A stretch of 50,405 bases of DNA, taken from UHGV virus genome UHGV-0192279. The stretch is one strand, 5' to 3'. This DNA comes from a virus. Below are positions 43,776 to 50,405 of the stretch, piece by piece (position 1 is the stretch's first letter; each line of letters begins with the position of its first letter). A program made the position numbers and the translations under genes. The notes under the pieces were generated by a model. The model did no database searches. It saw only the letters and a program-made list of their open reading frames with translations, and was not told the origin of the DNA.

Positions 43776-43844
43776 ATGTTTACTTTTCTGTTAGGCGTAT
43801 TTGTTGGTATTGCTGCCGCTGTGATCTTGATATACGGGCATTAA
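43776..43844 (+). CDS. micro-ORF 1/12: 22-aa hydrophobic peptide MFTFLLGVFVGIAAAVILIYGH
   Basis: ATG 3 nt after upstream stop; GAGGG SD. Confidence 0.4.
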   Translation: MFTFLLGVFVGIAAAVILIYGH

Positions 43845-43848
43845 TATT

Positions 43849-43944
43849 ATGGATGAGAACATCATCGCCGGACTAATCGGTGTTTCTGTATTTCTGGTGT
43901 GTTTTGTCATTGCCGTGCTGATAACCGTAAAGAGTAAATTATGA
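43849..43944 (+). CDS. micro-ORF 2/12: 31-aa peptide MDENIIAGLIGVSVFLVCFVIAVLITVKSKL
   Basis: ATG 5 nt after previous stop; hydrophobic core, basic C-terminus. Confidence 0.4.
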   Translation: MDENIIAGLIGVSVFLVCFVIAVLITVKSKL

Positions 43945-44015
43945 ACGCCTACGATCTCATCTGGTTATTGGTGCTCATCGTAGGTATTTGCGTGAACATT
44001 TACAGGCTGTGGTGA
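43941..44015 (+). CDS. micro-ORF 3/12: 24-aa peptide MNAYDLIWLLVLIVGICVNIYRLW
   Basis: ATGA overlap with previous stop; AAGAG SD; paralogous N-terminus with micro-ORFs 5 and 7. Confidence 0.45.
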   Translation: MNAYDLIWLLVLIVGICVNIYRLW

Positions 44016-44020
44016 AAAAT

Positions 44021-44095
44021 ATGATTGACCCGGTCGTTATCCTTTCTGCATGCGTCGCTGTATGGCTGGCGGTCATGATATTCATCGAAAGCTAA
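44021..44095 (+). CDS. micro-ORF 4/12: 24-aa peptide MIDPVVILSACVAVWLAVMIFIES
   Basis: ATG 6 nt after previous stop; GGTG SD-like. Confidence 0.35.
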   Translation: MIDPVVILSACVAVWLAVMIFIES

Positions 44096-44105
44096 AGGTA
44101 TCAAC

Positions 44106-44180
44106 ATGAATATTTACGATCTCATCTGGTGCTCATCACTCGCCGTCATTATGTATCTGTGGTTAAAGAATGTTGTATAG
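44106..44180 (+). CDS. micro-ORF 5/12: 24-aa peptide MNIYDLIWCSSLAVIMYLWLKNVV
   Basis: AAAGG SD; shares MN.YDLIW with micro-ORF 3 (DNA-level tacgatctcatctggt repeat). Confidence 0.45.
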   Translation: MNIYDLIWCSSLAVIMYLWLKNVV

Positions 44181-44188
44181 GTGACGGC

Positions 44189-44287
44189 ATGGATATATTC
44201 GAATTACTGGCGATTATGTGCGGCATGATGTTAGGCATTGTCGCCATAATCATCATCATCGGTCTGGTTGTAGGTAGTATCAAATGA
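44189..44287 (+). CDS. micro-ORF 6/12: 32-aa peptide MDIFELLAIMCGMMLGIVAIIIIIGLVVGSIK
   Basis: AGGTGA SD 5 nt upstream. Confidence 0.45.
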   Translation: MDIFELLAIMCGMMLGIVAIIIIIGLVVGSIK

Positions 44288-44364
44288 ACGCCTACGAAAT
44301 GCTATTGCTGGTGGCTGCCGTTGCAGTTATTGCCGTGGACGTATACCGGGAGACTAAAAAATGA
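44284..44364 (+). CDS. micro-ORF 7/12: 26-aa peptide MNAYEMLLLVAAVAVIAVDVYRETKK
   Basis: ATGA overlap; shares atgaacgcctacga with micro-ORF 3. Confidence 0.45.
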   Translation: MNAYEMLLLVAAVAVIAVDVYRETKK

Positions 44365-44429
44365 AATGGCTTGATTTATTTTTCCTGACCGTTGCGATTG
44401 TTCTTACCATGACCGCGTTGACTCAATAG
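44361..44429 (+). CDS. micro-ORF 8/12: 22-aa peptide MKWLDLFFLTVAIVLTMTALTQ
   Basis: ATGA overlap; GGGAGA SD. Confidence 0.45.
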   Translation: MKWLDLFFLTVAIVLTMTALTQ

Positions 44430-44437
44430 GTGAATAT

Positions 44438-44512
44438 ATGGAAACCATCGAGGCTGTATTATTCGTATGTATTGCAGCGGCTGTTATTGTGGGGTTTATT
44501 ATCAATGTCTGA
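44438..44512 (+). CDS. micro-ORF 9/12: 24-aa peptide METIEAVLFVCIAAAVIVGFIINV
   Basis: AGGTGA SD 6 nt upstream. Confidence 0.45.
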   Translation: METIEAVLFVCIAAAVIVGFIINV

Positions 44513-44528
44513 CGGTGATTTCTTAATT

Positions 44529-44573
44529 ATGGCTATATGCACACTGTTAGCCGTTATCGTTTTTTTTGCGTGA
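44529..44573 (+). CDS. micro-ORF 10/12: 14-aa peptide MAICTLLAVIVFFA (may be truncated at T7 homopolymer)
   Basis: Weak SD; ORF ends just after a run of 7 T. Confidence 0.2.
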   Translation: MAICTLLAVIVFFA

Positions 44574-44582
44574 GAAAGCATC

Positions 44583-44726
44583 ATGTCTGAATTCCTCAAT
44601 CTGCTAACGTTCTTGCTTTGCGCTGGTCTGCTTATTGCCGCATTAATGTTATGCGTATACGTGATTGTAATGATTACCGCGCTTATTTACAGAGAAGCAA
44701 AACAGAGATTTAAGGTTAAACAATGA
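44583..44726 (+). CDS. micro-ORF 11/12: 47-aa peptide MSEFLNLLTFLLCAGLLIAALMLCVYVIVMITALIYREAKQRFKVKQ
   Basis: Long hydrophobic span then basic tail; GAGAAAG SD-like. Confidence 0.45.
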   Translation: MSEFLNLLTFLLCAGLLIAALMLCVYVIVMITALIYREAKQRFKVKQ

Positions 44727-44806
44727 AAAAGCTATTCGACTGGTTGGAAGTATTAACATACTGTGCAAGTTTTGTTGCTTGCGTATATATCATCAATAAA
44801 TATTGA
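44723..44806 (+). CDS. micro-ORF 12/12: 27-aa peptide MKKLFDWLEVLTYCASFVACVYIINKY
   Basis: ATGA overlap; AAGGT SD. Confidence 0.45.
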   Translation: MKKLFDWLEVLTYCASFVACVYIINKY

Positions 44807-44816
44807 GAGGTGAATT

Positions 44817-45302
44817 ATGGCCCGCACTAAAAATGCAAAAGCTGACGACAAAAAGCCAGCCGCTAAAAAGGTGGGCCGTCCGCATGGTTATACCGAAGAA
44901 AAAGCATTAGAAATCTGTGAGCTGGTGGCGGACGGTCAGAGTGTTAACAAAATTTCGAAAATGCCTGGTATGCCTACCCGTTCCACAATCCTGAAATGGT
45001 TTAGAGACGTGCCGGAATTCTCGGACATGTACATGCACGCGAAGGAAATCGGCTTCGAGGTATTAGCTGATGAGATCCTCGATATAGCTGATGATGCTAA
45101 GAACGTTGATAAAGACCAACTACGCCGCCACCAACTAATGATTGAAACGCGTAAATGGTTACTGGCAAAACTGCAACCGCGTAAATATGGCGAACGCGTC
45201 ACACAGGAGATCGTCGGCAACAAGGAAGAAGCACCCGTCCAGGTTGAAGTCACGAAAGAAGAGATCGCCCGCATCGTCCAGGAAGTAGAAGACGAGGTGT
45301 GA
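44817..45302 (+). CDS. terminase small subunit (161 aa)
   Basis: GAGGTG SD; N-terminal HTH-like DNA-binding region (GRPHGYTEEKALEICELVADGQSVNKISK) typical of small terminases; directly upstream of large terminase. Confidence 0.75.
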   Translation: MARTKNAKADDKKPAAKKVGRPHGYTEEKALEICELVADGQSVNKISKMPGMPTRSTILKWFRDVPEFSDMYMHAKEIGFEVLADEILDIADDAKNVDKDQLRRHQLMIETRKWLLAKLQPRKYGERVTQEIVGNKEEAPVQVEVTKEEIARIVQEVEDEV

Positions 45303-46783
45303 TTATGTTGTCCATCAAAGAAAGGGTTATTCAATCCAAATGTGAAAACGATGGCTTGTTCTTCAACCGTTATTTCTATAAGCAGGCCAACGGCACGAAG
45401 ATGTTAATCTCAGGCCATCACATAGCCATACGCGATGCGCTACAACGCGTTATCAATGGTGAGATTACCCGTCTCATCATTAACATTCCCCCAGGGTACG
45501 GTAAAACCATGATTGCGACCATTAACATGATGGCGCGGTCCCTCGCAATAAATCCCCGCACACGTTTCCTTCACGTTTCCTATTCCGACAATCTTGCGTT
45601 ACTCAATTCCTCGACAGTCAGAAACATGATTTGCTCGCAGGAATACCAGAAGTTATGGCCTATGAAGATCCGCAATGATGCCAACAGTAAATCAATGTGG
45701 TGGACGGAACAGGGAGGCGGGATATATGCCGCATCTTCACAGGGCCAGATAACAGGCTTCCGTGCTGGTTACATGGAGCCGGGCTTCAACGGCGCGATGA
45801 TTATCGACGACCCATTAAAGCCCGCTGACGCTTACTCTGATGTGATGCGTGAGAAGGTAAAGACCAACTACAACGACACGCTGGCTTCACGTCTGGCAGT
45901 ACAAACAACGCCAGTGATCGTTATCATGCAACGCATCCACTACGATGATTTGTCCGGCTACCTGTTACGCGGTGGAAGCGGTGAGAAATGGTATCACCTC
46001 AACCTGCCTGTGAAGATTGATAACAGCGTCGACTATTGGGATCTGTACCCGGAAAATGAATTCGCTATTCCTATTGCTCACAACCTGCCGGACGGCTGGC
46101 TATGGCCTAAAAAGCACAATGACAGCCACGAAGCCGGACTAAAGGCGCACCGCAGGTCATTCGAAGCCCAATATATGCAGCGCCCGCGTAAATTCGACGA
46201 GGAAGGCGCATTGTGGACGGAAGCGATGATAACCGCTGCGCACCGGATGCAGATAACGCAGGACAAGATTCGCACGGTAATAGCCATCGACCCGGCTACA
46301 ACATCATCTGATGAATCGGACGAAACCGGGATCGTGGCATGTTCCGCCTATGGTGGCGGCAAGTACGCACAGTATTCAGTAGACGGTGACTACTCAGGCC
46401 GCATGTCTCCTAACGATTGGGCGCAAGCCTCAATGAACGCTTATAACATCCATGAGGCTGATGCGATAGTTATCGAAACCAACCAGGGCGGCGAAATGGC
46501 AGTGGCCACGTTGCGTAATGCCGGATTCAAAGGCCGCATTGTTAAGGTGCACGCAAGCAAAGGTAAATTCGCCCGCGCCGAGCCAATATCGGCACTGTAT
46601 GCACAGGGAAGGGTAGCCCACACTGGCAGCCTGTACACGCTGGAAAATCAAATGATGGAATACGTGCCAGCTACCGCTAAAAAATCACCCGACCGCCTCG
46701 ACGCGATGGTATGGGGTATCACTGAATTAAGCCAGCCACAGGCTGTGGGCCTCATGTTACCTAAGCGCCTGCGCGGATTTTAA
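45299..46783 (+). CDS. terminase large subunit (494 aa)
   Basis: Size, position between small terminase and portal, ATPase-like N-terminal region (PPGYGKTM) and acidic nuclease-like C-terminal region. Confidence 0.75.
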   Translation: MIMLSIKERVIQSKCENDGLFFNRYFYKQANGTKMLISGHHIAIRDALQRVINGEITRLIINIPPGYGKTMIATINMMARSLAINPRTRFLHVSYSDNLALLNSSTVRNMICSQEYQKLWPMKIRNDANSKSMWWTEQGGGIYAASSQGQITGFRAGYMEPGFNGAMIIDDPLKPADAYSDVMREKVKTNYNDTLASRLAVQTTPVIVIMQRIHYDDLSGYLLRGGSGEKWYHLNLPVKIDNSVDYWDLYPENEFAIPIAHNLPDGWLWPKKHNDSHEAGLKAHRRSFEAQYMQRPRKFDEEGALWTEAMITAAHRMQITQDKIRTVIAIDPATTSSDESDETGIVACSAYGGGKYAQYSVDGDYSGRMSPNDWAQASMNAYNIHEADAIVIETNQGGEMAVATLRNAGFKGRIVKVHASKGKFARAEPISALYAQGRVAHTGSLYTLENQMMEYVPATAKKSPDRLDAMVWGITELSQPQAVGLMLPKRLRGF

Positions 46784-46861
46784 AAACCATCTCACAATCC
46801 CCCATAAGTTTTTCCATTTTTCGCGTAGCAACGCGTAAACATGTATTCAGGAGTAAACATT

Positions 46862-48235
46862 ATGCCATCCAATTTAGAATTGGCGGTTAATGCTGCCTTG
46901 TCACAACGCCAGGCGGCCTTTGCCCGCTATGCAGCCGCTAACCCATTCTCAATGGGTATTGATGCAAAACGTGATGCTGCGTGGAGTGAATACGGATTCA
47001 AAGAAGAAATCACCTATGACGATTTATACAAACTGTATCGTCGCGGTGGTATCGCTCACGGTGCTATTGAGAAGATCATCACTACGTGCTGGCGCACCAG
47101 GCCAACGCTGATCGAAGGTACGGAAGACGAGAAAGCAGAAAAGGAAACGCCGTGGGAAAGAGAAATCAAAAAACGATTTGATAATCGTTTCTGGCGCGTC
47201 ATAGCTGAATGCGATCGCCGCCGCCTCATTGGTCGTTATGCTGGCCTGTTAATTCACGTCAGGGATAACCAGCCGTGGGATCGGCCAGTGACGAAAGGTG
47301 TAGGCATTGCCAAATTTACCCCTGTATGGGCTGGTGCTCTTACACCGAAGGACTTCGAAGAAAACCCGGATAATGAAAACTATGGCCTGCCGACATGGTG
47401 GGAATACAAGGAGCGCATTAACAGTAAGACCATAGCAAGAAAGATACATCCCGATCGCATATTTATCTTCGGTGATTATTCTGATGATGCCATCGCTTTC
47501 CTTGAGCCGCCCTATAACGCATTCGTTTCGCTGGAGAAAGTGGAAGGCGGTAGCGGTGAGTCATTCCTGAAAAACGCCGCGCGTCAACTGGCTATCTCGT
47601 TCGATAAAGAAATTGATTTCCGTTCCCTGGCTGCAACATACGGTTGCGACGTTACAGAGCTACGCGAAAAATTCAATGAGGCGGCAGAGGATATAAACAA
47701 GGGCAATGATGTGATGATGGCATTGCAGGGAGCTACCGTTAGCCCGCTGGTCACTGCCGTAGCCGATCCGTCCGCTACCTATGACGTCAACCTGCAAACC
47801 GCCGCCGCTGGCATCGACATTCCAACGCGTATCCTGGTTGGGAATCAGCAGGGTGAGCGTGCATCAACCGAAGACCTCCGCTACTTCAATAACCGCTGTA
47901 TGACCCGCCGGGAGGAAATAGGAGGCGAGCTTGAGGAACTATTCCGCAAGATGGCAGATCTCCGCCTTATCAGTATGCCAGTCGACGTGTCGGTACTGTG
48001 GGACGACCTTAACGCCATGACGAAAGCCGAGCTACTCGACGCGGCATACAAAATGGCGCAAATCAATCAGGCATGTCTCGCCACAGGTGAACAAGTATTC
48101 GACGGTGACGAGATTCGCGAAGCTGCCGGGTATGAAGGGCCAACGCAGGAAGTAGAACTGGACGACGAGGAAAACAACAATGAAGGTGAAGAAAATAATC
48201 AGGCGAATACCTCCAGCCGCGATAATGCCATCTAA
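46862..48235 (+). CDS. portal protein (457 aa)
   Basis: ATG 46862 with AGGAG SD (track start 46841 lies within SD region); size, position, acidic C-terminus. Confidence 0.7.
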   Translation: MPSNLELAVNAALSQRQAAFARYAAANPFSMGIDAKRDAAWSEYGFKEEITYDDLYKLYRRGGIAHGAIEKIITTCWRTRPTLIEGTEDEKAEKETPWEREIKKRFDNRFWRVIAECDRRRLIGRYAGLLIHVRDNQPWDRPVTKGVGIAKFTPVWAGALTPKDFEENPDNENYGLPTWWEYKERINSKTIARKIHPDRIFIFGDYSDDAIAFLEPPYNAFVSLEKVEGGSGESFLKNAARQLAISFDKEIDFRSLAATYGCDVTELREKFNEAAEDINKGNDVMMALQGATVSPLVTAVADPSATYDVNLQTAAAGIDIPTRILVGNQQGERASTEDLRYFNNRCMTRREEIGGELEELFRKMADLRLISMPVDVSVLWDDLNAMTKAELLDAAYKMAQINQACLATGEQVFDGDEIREAAGYEGPTQEVELDDEENNNEGEENNQANTSSRDNAI

Positions 48236-49121
48236 CACCGAAGACCCGACTATGACAGGGAAGTTACGATCGGGGGCTATTAAGCGCTTCAAATCCTGCC
48301 TGAATAAAATAGCCGATCCATATCTCTCCATACTTGACAGAATACAATATAGCCTGGCTGTTAATAAGAAATATACCTTTCAGATTTACATGGATGAACT
48401 GCATGACATGCTGGAGGACGCCAGCGACATGATTGATGAGATATTCGAGCTAACCGACCCGGAAAGTTTTTGGTTTTGGCAGAATTACGTGAAGGTGGCC
48501 TATCAGCGCGGCACGGCCCAGGAATACGCCAACATCGCTAACCAGTCGGTCACGTACTCAAGCGCTTATCCTGATGTATCCGCCGTGCTATCCAGTACGA
48601 CTTACCGCACGCGCCTTGCCCTTGTCCGTACCCGTGTATTTGAGGAAATGCGCGGGCTAACGGCACAGATCAAAAAGGATATGGCCCGGCGATTAACCGA
48701 AGGTATGGCCCGTGGTTTAAATCCACTGGAAATAGCGCGCACATTGAATCAGGAAACGCAATTACCTCTATACAGGTGCAAACGCATTGCCCGAACTGAA
48801 ATATGCACAGCGTTACGCACAGCACGTATGGATGAGGCCGAAGCGGCTACGGAGGAATTCAACCTCCGCACCATGCAAATGCACATTTCGGCATTATCAC
48901 CGACTACCAGGCTGTCACACGCGCAGCGGCACGGGAAAACATACACCATAGAAGAACAGCGAGAATGGTGGAGTAGATCCCCTAATTCTATTAACTGCAA
49001 ATGCACCACGATTACCGTATTAGTTGACGAAGACGGTAATATATTAAACGAACGAATATTAGATCGGGCGCAAGAAAACTATAAGGTTGCGCACGCCAAA
49101 TATGGTAATGATTGGGAGTAG
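48180..49121 (+). CDS. head morphogenesis protein (minor capsid, Mu F/SPP1 gp7-like), 313 aa
   Basis: Position after portal; start uncertain (overlaps portal end by about 55 nt). Confidence 0.45.
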   Translation: MKVKKIIRRIPPAAIMPSNTEDPTMTGKLRSGAIKRFKSCLNKIADPYLSILDRIQYSLAVNKKYTFQIYMDELHDMLEDASDMIDEIFELTDPESFWFWQNYVKVAYQRGTAQEYANIANQSVTYSSAYPDVSAVLSSTTYRTRLALVRTRVFEEMRGLTAQIKKDMARRLTEGMARGLNPLEIARTLNQETQLPLYRCKRIARTEICTALRTARMDEAEAATEEFNLRTMQMHISALSPTTRLSHAQRHGKTYTIEEQREWWSRSPNSINCKCTTITVLVDEDGNILNERILDRAQENYKVAHAKYGNDWE

Positions 49122-49126
49122 TAACC

Positions 49127-50395
49127 GTGAGTAAAGAATTGATTCAGGTTAATACCAAATTAACCGCTAATACAATCCGCCGTGAAACATATAACGGTCG
49201 CGAGCATATTGTTGTCCCGTCATATACACTACCCTTTAACATCGTAATGAATCGGGAATATTACCCGGAAGCTGAAATTATCGCTAATTATCAGTCGCTG
49301 GAGGGTACACTTGCCCCGCTGGGCCATCCAACCGTAGACGGTGAGTTTGTTTCCGCATTTAGCCCGGAAGGATTGAACACCGGGTTTTGTGGAGCGTGGA
49401 ACAGAAACGTTGAATTACGCGGCAATCGTGTTTATGTGGAAAAATGGGTGGATATTGAAACAGCCAGCCATTCAGAACAGGGGCGCGAATTATTAACCCG
49501 ACTGGAAGCACTGGAGAAAGGAGAACGCAAAGATCCTATCTGGTCGTCCGTCGCTGTATATCGTAAACGTATGCCAGCTACTGAAGAGATGAAAGCCCAG
49601 GGCGCTGACTATGTAGTAAGAATTATGTCGATCGACCATGACGCTATTTTGCTGCATGAGCCGCCAGCCGCATCACCTGAACAGGGTGTAGGGTTGATGG
49701 TTAATACTGACCAGGCGAAACCGTTAATGGCGGTGGCAATGAAAGAAAACAGCTACCGCACGCTTGAGAAACAATTAACCGACGCGGCGCGGGAATTATT
49801 CCCTGACGCTGATTATGTGTATGTGGTGGACTTCACTGATAAAGAAGTGACGATCGCCACTAATACCGAAAGTGCTCAAGTTTGCGCATATGAAAAACAG
49901 GCTGATAAAATTATTCTCAATAATGGCGAGCTTACAACCAACGAGGAAAGTAAATCTTGGTTTACTCAGTTCGCTGAACACCTTTCTAATCTTTTCTCAC
50001 TGAATGAAAAAATTAAGGCCAATAAATCGGAGGACGATCCCATGCCTTTGACCAAAGAAGAACGCGCCGAACTGGTAAAAGAAATTAACGAAGGCTTATC
50101 CGCCAATATCGCTAATGCAGTAGCAGAGGCATTAAAACCAGTGCAGGCAAGCGTGGAAGAATTACAGACCAACCAGAAAGCAATTAAAGAAGAAATTGCA
50201 GCAAACGCAAATAAAGAAGAAGCAGAAAAACGCGCCGCAGTTGCGAAAGTACACGGCGAAATTGTTGCTAACGCATTAAGCGGTGATGCGCTCGATGCAA
50301 TGTTTAAATCCCTGGGCAAAGCAGCGCCGATGGCTACCAACGCAGCAAACGAAGGTAAAAAAGGCGAAGTCCCGGACTTTAACACCTATTTCTAA
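49127..50395 (+). CDS. scaffolding/prohead-processing-like protein (422 aa)
   Basis: GTG 49127 with GGGAG SD (track start 49112 is TTG); C-terminal third is Ala/Glu/Lys-rich helical as in scaffolds; position before decoration and capsid genes. Confidence 0.4.
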   Translation: MSKELIQVNTKLTANTIRRETYNGREHIVVPSYTLPFNIVMNREYYPEAEIIANYQSLEGTLAPLGHPTVDGEFVSAFSPEGLNTGFCGAWNRNVELRGNRVYVEKWVDIETASHSEQGRELLTRLEALEKGERKDPIWSSVAVYRKRMPATEEMKAQGADYVVRIMSIDHDAILLHEPPAASPEQGVGLMVNTDQAKPLMAVAMKENSYRTLEKQLTDAARELFPDADYVYVVDFTDKEVTIATNTESAQVCAYEKQADKIILNNGELTTNEESKSWFTQFAEHLSNLFSLNEKIKANKSEDDPMPLTKEERAELVKEINEGLSANIANAVAEALKPVQASVEELQTNQKAIKEEIAANANKEEAEKRAAVAKVHGEIVANALSGDALDAMFKSLGKAAPMATNAANEGKKGEVPDFNTYF

Positions 50396-50405
50396 TTAAA
50401 AGGGG

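Noticed and set aside
1-50405. tRNA genes, CRISPR arrays, IS elements, integrase/att sites
   Set aside because: Looked for by eye (T-loop GTTCGA-type motifs, regular direct repeats, transposase- or recombinase-sized ORFs) and none seen; a computational scan (tRNAscan-SE, recombinase HMMs) would be needed to be certain.

Overview
The window reads as a complete, circularly permuted genome (about 50.4 kb) of a mosaic lambdoid temperate siphovirus, with coding density above 90%. All calls rest on reading the sequence and recalled family signatures; no database search was run. Gene order: decoration-like and major capsid genes (7-1460), head-tail joining genes, major tail protein, chaperone, tape measure (5236-7584), lambda-like tail tip M-L-K-I-J (8796-16524) and a side tail fibre (17625-19388). 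A leftward early operon follows (19958-26637) with NinB, a DnaB-type helicase and a replication initiator carrying four 11-bp-phased iterons. A CI-like repressor (26980-27591) sits next to a rightward operon starting with a P22-type N-like antiterminator behind a boxA/boxB nut site, then Erf, SSB, many small genes, NinG, RusA and a Q-like protein. The lysis cassette (pinholin, SAR endolysin, nested spanins; 41802-42952) precedes terminase, portal, head-morphogenesis and scaffold-like genes that wrap to position 1. No integrase or excisionase is detectable. The most unusual feature is a 1-kb stretch (43776-44806), with no ORF of 60 aa or more in any frame, that holds 12 tightly packed micro-ORFs (14-47 aa), each a single hydrophobic helix, just downstream of an HExxH-motif gene. 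Other points of interest are four antisense cassettes inside the tail block, a recurring TACA-N3-TGTA palindrome at gene starts, and three boxA-like elements.
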